Assembly (NCBI RefSeq): GCF_000189295.2
Contig: NC_016803.1
Location: 870,001-902,000 of the forward strand
DNA from: Pseudodesulfovibrio mercurii
GTDB taxonomy: Bacteria; Desulfobacterota; Desulfovibrionia; Desulfovibrionales; Desulfovibrionaceae
Reading direction: 5' to 3'
Length of the DNA stretch: 32,000 nucleotides
In this document: positions 7,377 through 15,838 of the stretch, piece after piece
Layout: each line of letters begins with the position of its first letter
Numbering within the stretch: the first letter of the stretch is position 1
The notes under the pieces: model-generated
Databases searched by the model: none
What the model was told of the DNA's origin: nothing
What the model saw: the letters and a program-made list of their open reading frames with translations, nothing else
Position numbers and translations under genes: made by a program

Positions 7377-8114
7377 TTATTTCCTGAAGATGCGCTTCAG
7401 GGAGGTGATGCCCATTTTGCGTCGCAGGAACCCGAGCTGGTTCTGAAGCGGCAAATGTTTGGGGCAGACGTCCTCGCAGGCCAGCAGCCCCATGCAGCCG
7501 AAGATGCCCATGTCGTTGCCGATGATCTCGTAGTAGTCGTTTTCGGTCCGCTGGTCGCGCGGGTCGATGAGGAACCGGGCCACGCGGTTCAGGGCCGCCG
7601 CACCCATGAAGTCCTCGCGCAGCCGCGCGGTGCCGCAGGCCGCGATGCAGCAGCCGCATTCCACGCACCGCTCCAGCTCGTAGATGGCCACGGCGTCCTT
7701 GTTGTCCATGCGCTCCTCGAGCGCCGTGGGATCGAAGACCTTGTTGGTGTGAATCCAGGACTCGGTCTTGTCGTACATCTCGCGGAACCAGGTGCCGGTG
7801 TCCACGGACAGATCGCCGACCAGCTTGAAGACCGGCAGGGGCAGGAGCGTGATCTCGCCCGGCAGGTCGCGGGTCTTGGTGTGGCAGGCCAGGCCGGGGC
7901 GGCCGTTGATGACCATGCCGCAGGAGCCGCAGATGCCCGCCCGGCAACAGAAGTCGAATTGCAAGGACGGGTCCTGTTCCTCGCGGATGCGGTTCAGCGC
8001 GATGAACAGGGTCATGGCGTCGGTCTCTTCCAGGACGAACTCCTGCATGTGCGGCGAGGACTGCCCGTCTTCGGGATTGTACCGGAATATATTGAATTTC
8101 AGTAATCTGGACAT
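7377..8114 (-). CDS. frdB: fumarate reductase / succinate dehydrogenase iron-sulfur subunit
   Basis: 2Fe-2S motif CRAGICGSCGMVINGRPGLAC, plus 4Fe-4S and 3Fe-4S motifs CVECGCCIAAC and CMGLLACEDVCP. Confidence 0.9.
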   Translation of the reverse strand: MSRLLKFNIFRYNPEDGQSSPHMQEFVLEETDAMTLFIALNRIREEQDPSLQFDFCCRAGICGSCGMVINGRPGLACHTKTRDLPGEITLLPLPVFKLVGDLSVDTGTWFREMYDKTESWIHTNKVFDPTALEERMDNKDAVAIYELERCVECGCCIAACGTARLREDFMGAAALNRVARFLIDPRDQRTENDYYEIIGNDMGIFGCMGLLACEDVCPKHLPLQNQLGFLRRKMGITSLKRIFRK

Positions 8115-8117
8115 TGT

Positions 8118-9953
8118 CTATTCCTTCTTGTCGTCGGCGCTGATGATTGCGGCGTGGCCGTAGCCCCGGTCTCCGGGCGGAATCTCCACCACGGTGGTGG
8201 CCGGCTCGTATTCGAGGGTCGGCAGGGTGTCCTCCGGCTTCTTCCAATAGGCCAGGGTGCGGGTCAGCCAGTCGCGGTCGTTGCGCGCGGGGAAGTCCTC
8301 GCGGTTGTGGGAGCCGCGCGACTCGGTGCGCATGAGCGCGCCGTAGGCGACCATCAGGGCGAGCCGGACCTGGCCTTCGAGCTTGAGGGCCGAGGCCAAC
8401 TCGGGATTGACGCCCTTGCCGTTGGAGCGCAGGCCGACCTTCTTGGCCCGGATGAGCGTCTCCTGCAAGGCGGCCACGCACTTCTCCAGGCCGTCCTGGG
8501 TGCGGAAGATGTTCGCGCCCTTGTGCAGGGCGTCCTGCATGGCCGAACGGACCTTGTAGACGTTCTCGGAACCGTTGATCCCGGCGATCAGATCGTCGAT
8601 GCGGGACTGCTGCTTCCTGACCTCGTCGTTGATCAGCGAGGTCTTGAACTCGGTCTCGCACCCTTCGAGGTATTCCGCGACCTTGCGGCCGACGATGCCG
8701 CCCGCGACCACGGTTTCGGCCAGGGAGTTGCCGCCCAGCCGGTTGAAGCCGTGCATGTCCCAGCAGGCGGCCTCGCCCGCGGCGAACAGCCCCTTGAGGC
8801 CGTAGGCGGCCCCGTCCTTGTTGGTGCGCACGCCGCCCATGGAATAGTGCTGGGTGGGCCGCACCGGGATGAGCTGGTGGATGGGGTCGATGCCCAGGAA
8901 CGAGGTGCAGATCTCGTAGACCTCGCGCAGCTTGCCGGTGATGTGCTCCGCGCCCAGGTGGCGGATGTCGAGCCAGAGGTGCTCGCCGTAGGGCGACTTC
9001 ACGCCGTGGCCCTCGCGCATGTGGTGGGTCATCCAGCGGGAGACCACGTCACGCGAGGCCAGCTCGGCCTTCTCGGGCTCGTAGATGTTCATGAAGCGCT
9101 TCTCGTCCACGTCGAGCAGGGTGCCGCCGTCGCCCCGGCACCCCTCGGTGACCAGGATGTCGGTGGGCACGATGCCCGTGGGGTGGAACTGGACCGCCTC
9201 CATGTTCGCCATGGGCACCACGCCCGAGGCCACGCACAGGGTGTGCGCCCCGCCGTCGCAGATGACCGCGTTGGTGGTGTTCGGGTAGATGCGCCCGAAG
9301 CCGCCCGCCGCGATCATGGTCGCCTTGGCCAGGTAGACGCGCAGTTCGCCCGTGCGCAGGCAGCGGGCGACCACGCCGTAGCAAGTCTCCCCGTCCTGGA
9401 TCAGGCCGATGGCCTCGGTCTTGTCGTGGACCTCCACGCCCTTCTCGGCGCAGCGGTTGTCCATGGTGCACATGACCGCATGGCCGGTGCCGTCCGAAGT
9501 ATAGCAGGTGCGCCACTTGGCCGTGCCGCCGAAGGAGCGGGCCATGATCAGCCCTTCCTTGTCCTCGGCCTCGACCTTCTCGAACTGCTTGCCGCCCTTG
9601 TAGTAGATGGACTTGCCCGGAACCACGCGGTTCCACGGCACGCCCCAATGGGCCAGACGGCGCATCTCGATGGGGGCGGTGTCCGCGAACAGGCGGGCGA
9701 CCTCCTGGTCGCAGCCCCAGTCGGACCCCTTGACGGTGTCCGCGAAATGGATGTCGGGGTTGTCGCCCTCGCCCATGACCGAGTTGCCCAGGGAAGCCTG
9801 CATGCCGCCCTGTGCGGCGGAGGAATGGGACCGCCGGGCCGGAACCAGGCTGAGGCAGATGGCGGAGAATCCGGCCTCGGCCGCTTCCACGGCCGCGCGC
9901 TCGCCCGCCAGACCCGCGCCGACAACCAGAAAATCGGTGTAGATAGTCTGCAT
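8118..9953 (-). CDS. frdA: fumarate reductase / succinate dehydrogenase flavoprotein subunit
   Basis: FAD fold DFLVVGAGLAGERAA, covalent-FAD His region RSHSSAAQGGM, and active-site HPTG and RGDGG motifs. 611 aa. Confidence 0.95.
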   Translation of the reverse strand: MQTIYTDFLVVGAGLAGERAAVEAAEAGFSAICLSLVPARRSHSSAAQGGMQASLGNSVMGEGDNPDIHFADTVKGSDWGCDQEVARLFADTAPIEMRRLAHWGVPWNRVVPGKSIYYKGGKQFEKVEAEDKEGLIMARSFGGTAKWRTCYTSDGTGHAVMCTMDNRCAEKGVEVHDKTEAIGLIQDGETCYGVVARCLRTGELRVYLAKATMIAAGGFGRIYPNTTNAVICDGGAHTLCVASGVVPMANMEAVQFHPTGIVPTDILVTEGCRGDGGTLLDVDEKRFMNIYEPEKAELASRDVVSRWMTHHMREGHGVKSPYGEHLWLDIRHLGAEHITGKLREVYEICTSFLGIDPIHQLIPVRPTQHYSMGGVRTNKDGAAYGLKGLFAAGEAACWDMHGFNRLGGNSLAETVVAGGIVGRKVAEYLEGCETEFKTSLINDEVRKQQSRIDDLIAGINGSENVYKVRSAMQDALHKGANIFRTQDGLEKCVAALQETLIRAKKVGLRSNGKGVNPELASALKLEGQVRLALMVAYGALMRTESRGSHNREDFPARNDRDWLTRTLAYWKKPEDTLPTLEYEPATTVVEIPPGDRGYGHAAIISADDKKE

Positions 9954-9966
9954 GGCAAATTCTCCG

Positions 9967-10617
9967 TTAGTTGATGCTCAGGAACAGGAAACGGATCAGG
10001 GTGATCAGGCCGATGGCGATGAACATCAGCGTCAGCACGTTCTCACCGCGCTTGAACTTGCCCCGCTCCCGATCCTTGACGAAGCCCCACTTGATCCCGA
10101 TGCGGTAGAAGCCGATGCCCACGTGCAGCTCGGCCAGCGGCAGCAGAAAGAGGTAGAACACGGCCCAGAACCCGCTCTGGACGCGGGCCGCGGACTTGAC
10201 CGCCGTGATGGGCAGGTCGGTCAGGACCACCCACATGTGGATGGAGCCCATGACCAGGATGAGCATGGCGGAGACGATCTGGACCACCCACAACCAGGTG
10301 TCGCCGTGATGCAGCATCCGGGCGTGCTGCCAGATGGTTTTCTGGCCCTCGGCGCGGAAGGGAATCTTCCGGGCGGCCAGGACGAAATGGAAGAGAAAGG
10401 CGAGAAAGATGAGCGGGCCGCCCACCTGGGCCATGTACGTCGCCTCGAAGAACTCGGCGAGGGCGTTCATCAGCCTCGGACTGATGACGACGCTGGAAAC
10501 CAGCAGCATGTGACACCACATGAACAAAATCAGGCTGGCGCCGGACAGCATCTGCAGCCAATCCAGCACACCATCCCACTTGCCGGATTTGCCAGCTGGT
10601 GCGTAACTAATGGACAT
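9967..10617 (-). CDS. frdC: fumarate reductase dihaem cytochrome b membrane subunit (Wolinella type)
   Basis: 216 aa, about five hydrophobic helices with conserved His residues. It sits directly upstream of frdA. SD GGAGGA. Confidence 0.8.
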   Translation of the reverse strand: MSISYAPAGKSGKWDGVLDWLQMLSGASLILFMWCHMLLVSSVVISPRLMNALAEFFEATYMAQVGGPLIFLAFLFHFVLAARKIPFRAEGQKTIWQHARMLHHGDTWLWVVQIVSAMLILVMGSIHMWVVLTDLPITAVKSAARVQSGFWAVFYLFLLPLAELHVGIGFYRIGIKWGFVKDRERGKFKRGENVLTLMFIAIGLITLIRFLFLSIN

Positions 10618-10779
10618 TCATTCCTCCGTTTGGTTGAACACAGAAGCACCCTAGACAATTATCTGAGTACGTAGTCTTGAAAAAAGAAATTTGTCAATAT
10701 CTCCAAGCCCATCTCTACGGCTCCTCCACCGGCCGCGGGGGCGCCGGGACAGGGAAAAAGGCATTGATTGCACGGTCAA

Positions 10780-10809
10780 ACGGCGGATTTCCGCCGATCC
10801 GTTTTTTTT
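10780..10809 (+). terminator. orphan intrinsic-terminator-like hairpin plus T8 in the divergent frdC / M16 intergenic region
   Basis: CGGCGG-ATTT-CCGCCG, or alternatively outer ACGG/CCGT, followed by TTTTTTTT (10802-10809). No annotated plus-strand gene lies upstream. Confidence 0.45.
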
Positions 10810-11010
10810 GTGAAAATTCCGCCGCCGTCCCGCGCCCCGCCTTTTCCGGTTTCCATTTCCCTCCGCCTCGGGTAGGGTGCACCCCTGCTTCGGCTGTGGA
10901 ATCCTCTGCCCGCTTGCCATCCCGGTATTCGGACTTACCCTATTGGGCAAACCGAAAATCGATCCCCTGCGCGCGGCAGAGCGCTGGACCAACACGATGG
11001 AGTCGTATCC

Positions 11011-13719
11011 ATGATCCGAAAACTGATATTGCTGACAGGGCTCGCGCTGATCCTTGCAGCCTGTCAAACCGCAACTATGAATAAACGCACCGAAACCGTC
11101 CCGACCCCGGCCCCGACGACCGCCAAGGCGGCCGCCCTTCCCTCCCTGGACGGTTCCGACCAGGCGGCCACGCACATCGTCCGGCTCAAGAACGGCCTGA
11201 CCGTGCTCATCAAGGAGGACGACCGCTTCCCGCTGGTCAACGTCCGCCTCTACGTGCACGCGGGCAGCGCCTATGAGACGCCCGACATCGCGGGCATCAG
11301 CCACCTGCTCGAGCATATGGTCTTCAAGGGCACGGACAAGCGCGGTCCGGGCGAGACCGCCCGCCAGATCGAGTCCGTGGGCGGCAGCCTGAACGCGGCC
11401 ACCAGCTTCGACTACACGGTCTACTACGTGGAGGTCCCGGAAACCCAGTGGAAGCTCGGCATGGACGTGGTCACGGACATGGCCTTCCACCAGACCATCG
11501 ACCCCAAGGAGCTGGAGAGCGAGAAGAAGGTCGTGCTCGAGGAACTCGAACGCGGCGAGGACACGCCCACCAGCAAGCTGTTCAAGACCCTCCAGTCCAT
11601 GGTCTGGAAGGACACCAGCTACGAGTGGCCGATCATCGGCTTCCGCGACACCGTGGCGGGCATCACCCGGCCGCAGATCAAGAACTACATCGCCACCCGG
11701 TACCAGCCGCAGTCCATGCTCCTGGCCGTGGTCGGCAAGGTCGATCCGGACCAGATCCTGGCCGAGGCCGACCAGCTCGTCGGATCCCTCAGGAACACCC
11801 GCTCCTTCACCCCGCCCGCCCCCCTGCCCGTGCCCGAGGCGGGCGACGGCCCCAGGGTGGTCAAGCTGACCGGCAAGTGGAACAAGGTCTACATGGGCGC
11901 GGCCTTCCCCATCCCCTACGGGACCTCGGCCGAGATTCCGGGGCTGGAGATGCTCTGCCAGCTCCTGGGCGGCGACGACACCTCGCGCCTCTACCGGACC
12001 TTCAAGTACGACAAGCAGCTGGTGGACGACATCTCGGTCTCGCCGCTGTCCCTTGAGCGCGGCGGCATGCTCTACGTCCACGCCGTGCTCGACGCGGACA
12101 AGGTGGATGAGTTCTGGACCGAACTGAACAAGGAAATGGCCGGGTTCGACCCGGCGGACTTCTCCGACCGCGAGATCGAGCGCGCCCGCCTGAACCTCGA
12201 AAATTCCCTGTTCCTGGCCAAGGAGACCCTGTCCGGTCTGGCCGGGAAGCTCGGCTACTTCCAGTTCCTGGACAGCGGCGAACAGGCCGAGAAGAACTAC
12301 CTCTTCGCCCTGAGCCAGGTGAACCGCGACGAGCTCAAGCGGCTGTTCGACGAATACATCCGGCCCGACCGGCTGGCCCTGGCCGTGCTCACCCCCGAGG
12401 ACGCCCCGGTCTCGGCCGACGCCCTGACCGGCATCACCAAGGCCAACTGGCCCTCCCGCAAGGCCGCCGAGGCCCGGCAGGCCGCGACACAGGCCACGGG
12501 CCCGGCCGAGATCGCCCTGCCCGGCGGCTCCACGCTCATCCTGCTTCCCGACGACACCCTGCCGTACACGGCCATGTCCATGTACTGGACCGGCGGCGAC
12601 GGCGAACTCGACCCGTCCCAGCAGGGGCTGGCGGCCCTGACGGCCGCGGCCCTGACGCGCGGGACCCTCAAGATGTCCGCCACCGAGTTGCAGGACTTCC
12701 TGTCCGACCACGCGGCCAGCCTGGGCTCCACCGCCGGGCGCAACGTCTTCGCCCTGGAGGCCAAATTCCCCACCCGGTTCACGGACCAGGTCCTGCCGGT
12801 CATCGGCCAGACCCTGACCGGACCGGCCTTCAACGAGACCGAAGTGGAACGCGCCAAGCAGGACCAGATAGCGACCATCAAGCAGAGCGAGGACCGCCCG
12901 CTCGGCCTGGCCTTCCGCCACCTCTTCCCGTTCCTATACAAGACCGGCCCCTACGCCCTGCTCCACCAGGGCACCCCCGAGGGCGTCGAGCGCTTCACCT
13001 CCTCGGACATCATCCGTTTCTGGGGCCGCCAGTCCATGCACCCGTTCACCCTGGCCGTGTGCGGCCAGTTCGATCAGGCGGCCATGGAAACGTTCGCCAC
13101 GAACATCGCCAAGACCCTGACCGCGCCCACCGGCGAGTACGCCTTCACCACCCCGGAATGGGGCTCTGTCCGCGAAGACTCCCTGCACCTGGCCGAGCGC
13201 AACCAGGCCCACGTCCTGATGGTCTTCCCCACCCCGGGCAAGACCGACCAGGAGGCTTCGGCCAAGCTCGAACTGCTGCGCGCCGCCCTGGCGGGCCAGT
13301 CCGGCCTGCTCTTCCGCGACCTGCGTGACAAGCAGGGCCTGGCCTATACGGTCACGGCCATGCTCTGGCAGAGCCGCAACACCGGGTTCATGGCCCTGTA
13401 CATCGGCACCGGCCCGGACAAGGTGGACCAGTCCATCACCGGCTTCAAGAAGGTCCTAGCCGACCTGGCCGCCAAGCCGCTGCCCCAGGACGAGATCGAC
13501 CGCGCCCGGAACATCCTGACCGGCGATTACTACCAGGACCACCAGTCCCTGCTCTCCCGCAGCCGCGAGGCCGCCAGCCTCCAGGCGCGCGGCTTCGACC
13601 TCGACTACGAACAGCAGCTCATCCAACGGGCCCAGACCGTCACCCCCGCCGAAATCCAGGCCACGGTCACCCAGTACCTGACCCCGGACAAGGCCTACCT
13701 CATGACCGTCACCCCGTAA
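11011..13719 (+). CDS. M16 (pitrilysin/insulinase) family zinc peptidase, tandem two-unit lipoprotein
   Basis: Lipobox LILAAC; zinc motif HLLEHMVFKGT in the first unit. The second M16-like unit lacks HxxEH. 902 aa. Confidence 0.85.
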   Translation: MIRKLILLTGLALILAACQTATMNKRTETVPTPAPTTAKAAALPSLDGSDQAATHIVRLKNGLTVLIKEDDRFPLVNVRLYVHAGSAYETPDIAGISHLLEHMVFKGTDKRGPGETARQIESVGGSLNAATSFDYTVYYVEVPETQWKLGMDVVTDMAFHQTIDPKELESEKKVVLEELERGEDTPTSKLFKTLQSMVWKDTSYEWPIIGFRDTVAGITRPQIKNYIATRYQPQSMLLAVVGKVDPDQILAEADQLVGSLRNTRSFTPPAPLPVPEAGDGPRVVKLTGKWNKVYMGAAFPIPYGTSAEIPGLEMLCQLLGGDDTSRLYRTFKYDKQLVDDISVSPLSLERGGMLYVHAVLDADKVDEFWTELNKEMAGFDPADFSDREIERARLNLENSLFLAKETLSGLAGKLGYFQFLDSGEQAEKNYLFALSQVNRDELKRLFDEYIRPDRLALAVLTPEDAPVSADALTGITKANWPSRKAAEARQAATQATGPAEIALPGGSTLILLPDDTLPYTAMSMYWTGGDGELDPSQQGLAALTAAALTRGTLKMSATELQDFLSDHAASLGSTAGRNVFALEAKFPTRFTDQVLPVIGQTLTGPAFNETEVERAKQDQIATIKQSEDRPLGLAFRHLFPFLYKTGPYALLHQGTPEGVERFTSSDIIRFWGRQSMHPFTLAVCGQFDQAAMETFATNIAKTLTAPTGEYAFTTPEWGSVREDSLHLAERNQAHVLMVFPTPGKTDQEASAKLELLRAALAGQSGLLFRDLRDKQGLAYTVTAMLWQSRNTGFMALYIGTGPDKVDQSITGFKKVLADLAAKPLPQDEIDRARNILTGDYYQDHQSLLSRSREAASLQARGFDLDYEQQLIQRAQTVTPAEIQATVTQYLTPDKAYLMTVTP

Positions 13720-13743
13720 GCCACGCCCTTGCCCCCCCCCAAA

Positions 13744-13775
13744 AGGCGGACCGGCTGCACCGGCCCGCCTTTTTT
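13744..13775 (+). terminator. intrinsic terminator of the M16 peptidase gene
   Basis: AGGCGGACCGG-ctgca-CCGGCCCGCCT followed by TTTTTT. Confidence 0.8.
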
Positions 13776-13776
13776 G

Positions 13777-13895
13777 TCGCCTCCGGCGGCCGGGGGAAGG
13801 GGGAGAGGGGAACCCTTTGAAAGGCTTCCCTCTCCCCTTCCCCGGCCCCCCATCCCCCTCACCTTCCTAAACTTTTTTACCGCCGCTTCGCGGTG
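13777..13895 (+). repeat. intergenic structured repeat, copy A
   Basis: Head GTCGCCTCCGGCGGCC; hairpin with about 20-bp arms GGGGAAGGGGGAGAGGGGAACCC-TTTGAAA-GGCTTCCCTCTCCCCTTCCCC; tail CCTTCCTAAACTTTTTTACCGCCGCTTCGCGG. Confidence 0.8.
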
Positions 13896-14107
13896 TGGGG
13901 TGCACCCTCACGGCCCCCGCCCAACAAACCGAACGGAAGCCCTCTCTTCTCTTTCCTGGAGCGATTCGAGTGCGCAGCACCCGACAACGGCTCTTCCCCC
14001 GCGCTAGCACTAGGCTTTCGAGAGTGGGTCAGCCGTGCATTTTCTCCTGGGGGGCTTTCACCGCAGCGTAGCCGCCTACGTGAGGATGAAAGCCCACCAG
14101 GAAAAAT

Positions 14108-14135
14108 GTGCGGATGGCCCGCTATCGGAAGCCGC
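14108..14135 (+). repeat. 28-bp motif GTGCGGATGGCCCGCTATCGGAAGCCGC, left copy
   Basis: Exact reverse complement of 21561-21588. Confidence 0.85.
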
Positions 14136-14150
14136 CTCCCGACATCCCGC

Positions 14151-14179
14151 TTGACATTGCTAGACGACCGGTCTATTAC
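14151..14179 (+). promoter_or_regulatory. promoter of the TetR gene with embedded operator
   Basis: TTGACA (14151-14156), 17-nt spacer, TATTAC (14174-14179). The spacer contains TAGACGACCGGTCTA (14161-14175). The predicted start about 7 nt downstream coincides with ATG 14186, which would give a leaderless mRNA. Confidence 0.55.
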
Positions 14180-14185
14180 ACGCCT

Positions 14186-14764
14186 ATGAGCGAAGACACG
14201 AGACAGCGAATTCTGGAAGCAGGAGCCGAATTGGTGCACCGGCAGGGGTTCAACAACACCGGGCTGAAGGACATCCTGCGCGCCGCCGGGGTGCCCAAGG
14301 GGTCGTTCTACTTCTATTTCGACAGCAAGGAGGCGTTCGGCATCGAGATGGTCAACCATTTCGGGGCCATGTTCCGGGGGATCATCGACGCCGCCCTGAA
14401 CGACTCCAGCCTGACGCCCCTCGGACAACTGCGGAAGATATTCGACGGGTTCGCCGCACACTTCGCCGCCCACGGCTACACGAGGGGTTGCCCCATCGGC
14501 AACCTGGCCCAGGAGATGAGCGACCTGAGCGAACCGTTCCGCGTCCGGCTGGTCCAGGCCATGGACGGCATGTCCTCAAGCCTGGCGGCCATTCTGGACA
14601 GGGCAAAAGCCCAAGGGGAAATCCCTGCCGACACGAACACGCGGGAGACGGCCATCTTCCTGGTCGAGGCCTGGCACGGCGCAATCATCCGCATGAAGGT
14701 CACCAAGGACGGCGAGCCGCTCAAGCTCTTCTCCCGGTTCATTTTCAACAACGTGCTGAAGTAG
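14186..14764 (+). CDS. TetR/AcrR family transcriptional regulator
   Basis: Track ORF trimmed to ATG 14186. HTH region RQRILEAGAELVHRQGFNNTGLKDILRAAGVPKGSFYFYFDSKEAF. The track's N-terminal extension is translated from the 28-bp repeat. Confidence 0.85.
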   Translation: MSEDTRQRILEAGAELVHRQGFNNTGLKDILRAAGVPKGSFYFYFDSKEAFGIEMVNHFGAMFRGIIDAALNDSSLTPLGQLRKIFDGFAAHFAAHGYTRGCPIGNLAQEMSDLSEPFRVRLVQAMDGMSSSLAAILDRAKAQGEIPADTNTRETAIFLVEAWHGAIIRMKVTKDGEPLKLFSRFIFNNVLK

Positions 14765-14798
14765 CCGCCGACACGGCCCCGCGCCCACGGCGGCTTTT
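14764..14798 (+). terminator. possible terminator after the TetR gene
   Basis: GCCGCCG...CGGCGGC stem with a large 17-nt loop, followed by TTTT. Confidence 0.4.
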
Positions 14799-14811
14799 GT
14801 GTACCCAACTT

Positions 14812-14828
14812 GTAGACGACCGGTCTAC
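14812..14828 (+). promoter_or_regulatory. second copy of the TetR operator, upstream of the AhpD/CMD-like gene
   Basis: GTAGACGACCGGTCTAC contains the same 15-nt core, TAGACGACCGGTCTA, as 14161-14175. It lies 22 nt upstream of ATG 14850. Confidence 0.6.
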
Positions 14829-14849
14829 TACAAATCCAAGGAGCTGACC

Positions 14850-15365
14850 ATGTTCATGATCGATTACGTCCGGCCCGAGCAGGCCGAAGGTCTGGTGCAA
14901 AAGATGTATTCCGCGTTCCCCGCGCACATTGCCGTGCCCGACCCCATCCAGCTGTACAGCGCGAGCCCGCGCTACCTGGCCCGGCAGATGGCCATTGCCG
15001 GGGACTACATGCAGGACGAAGCCTATTCGCCCGAGTTGCTGGCCGCCCTGCGCTACATCGGGGCGTCCACGGCCTGCTTCGGTTTCTGCACCACCTTCAA
15101 CCGGGGGCTGCTGGCCTCCATGGGGCTGACCGAGGCCGAACTCGATGCCTTGGCCACGGACCCGGCCAGGGCCTTCGAGCCCAAGGAGGCGGCCCTGCTC
15201 GCCTTTGCGGCCAAGGCGGTCCGGGAGCCGGACGACGTGACCCAAGCCGACGTGGACACGGTGCGCGCGGCGGGCTGGACCGATCCGCAGATATTCGAGG
15301 GCACGGCCTACGCCGCCCAGATGGCCACCATCGGCCTGGTCTTCCGGACCTTCGCCGACAAATAG
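14850..15365 (+). CDS. carboxymuconolactone decarboxylase / AhpD-like family protein
   Basis: Trimmed to ATG 14850 with an AAGGAG SD. The Cys pair ACFGFC sits where the family has CxxC. The C-terminal pattern EPKEAALLAFAAKAVREPDDVTQADVDTVRAAGWTDPQIFE is typical of CMD/AhpD-like proteins. Confidence 0.6.
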   Translation: MFMIDYVRPEQAEGLVQKMYSAFPAHIAVPDPIQLYSASPRYLARQMAIAGDYMQDEAYSPELLAALRYIGASTACFGFCTTFNRGLLASMGLTEAELDALATDPARAFEPKEAALLAFAAKAVREPDDVTQADVDTVRAAGWTDPQIFEGTAYAAQMATIGLVFRTFADK

Positions 15366-15374
15366 CCGCCGACC

Positions 15375-15399
15375 GGGGACCGGCCCCGCGCCGGTCCCC
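15375..15399 (+). terminator. hairpin after the AhpD-like gene
   Basis: GGGGACCGG-ccccgcg-CCGGTCCCC followed by TTGCCTG, a weak U-tract. Confidence 0.45.
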
Positions 15400-15496
15400 T
15401 TGCCTGTCCTGTCCGTATTCCAAGGGGTTGCCCCCTGCCGCATGGTGCGCTACAAATCGTGAGCAGCAACTTTTGCCACTCACAGAGGGGAGACGC

Positions 15497-15835
15497 ATGG
15501 CGCTCATATTCGGTTCGCCCAGGAAGCAGGCCACGGACAGGGACGAGGTCGGCACCGATCACCGGCTGACCCTGGCCAAGGACATCTACATGGCCGGGAA
15601 GATGAAGATCGTCACCACCGAGACCGTGCCGGGCCGCGACATCCAGTCCGCCTTCGGGCTCATCGTCTGCCGCAGCTACGTCTTCGACAACGCCTTCTAC
15701 GGGCTCATGGCCCAGGCCGTGGACGTCAACGCGGACGCCATCGTGGGCTACCGCGAGACCGTGGCCTTCCACCCCGAGGGCGACAAGTACTACTCCTGCT
15801 ACGGCACGGCCGTGCGCCTGAAAAAGCTCAAGTAG
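15497..15835 (+). CDS. short YbjQ/UPF0145-like protein
   Basis: ATG 15497 follows AGAGGGGA. KIVTTETVPGRDIQSAFGLI and ADAIVGYRE...GTAVRLKK resemble the two ends of YbjQ-family proteins, but the central part seems to be missing. Confidence 0.45.
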   Translation: MALIFGSPRKQATDRDEVGTDHRLTLAKDIYMAGKMKIVTTETVPGRDIQSAFGLIVCRSYVFDNAFYGLMAQAVDVNADAIVGYRETVAFHPEGDKYYSCYGTAVRLKKLK

Positions 15836-15838
15836 CCC

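Noticed and set aside
7037-7446. ORFs 7037..7375(-) and 7126..7446(+), and similar ones at 13729..14007, 13893..14189 and 21456..21725, with G/P/R-rich translations such as PPAAGGRGEGNP
   Set aside because: These are translations of the structured intergenic repeats. The same peptide-like strings arise in both orientations and lack SD sequences.
6224-10674. Antisense or off-frame ORFs across the fumarase and frdCAB genes (e.g. 6224..7009, 6235..7074, 7296..8105, 7333..8661, 8154..9974, 9952..10674)
   Set aside because: All are R/G/P/H/D-rich with no recognisable motifs, while the selected frames carry unmistakable fumarase, FrdA and FrdB signatures.
10650-10700. Possible FNR/CRP-type site or clear sigma-70 promoter for frdCAB (TTGACA at 10692-10697, GATAAT at 10658-10663, TTGAC...TCAA)
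   Set aside because: The -35 and -10 candidates are 28 nt apart, and the half-site spacing does not fit TTGAT-N4-ATCAA or TTGTGA-N6-TCACAA. I could not support a specific call.
10651-12921. 756-aa minus-strand ORF antisense to the M16 peptidase gene
   Set aside because: It is a G/R/V/E-rich artefact. The plus-strand frame has a lipobox, the HxxEH zinc motif and normal composition.
14108-14185. N-terminal extension MRMARYRKPPPDIP of the TetR ORF, and the similar start MRMARYRKPLHV of ORF 20413..21588(-)
   Set aside because: Both arise from the 28-bp inverted motif being read as coding. The TetR HTH begins just after ATG 14186, and the minus-strand ORF is antisense to the ychF-like gene.
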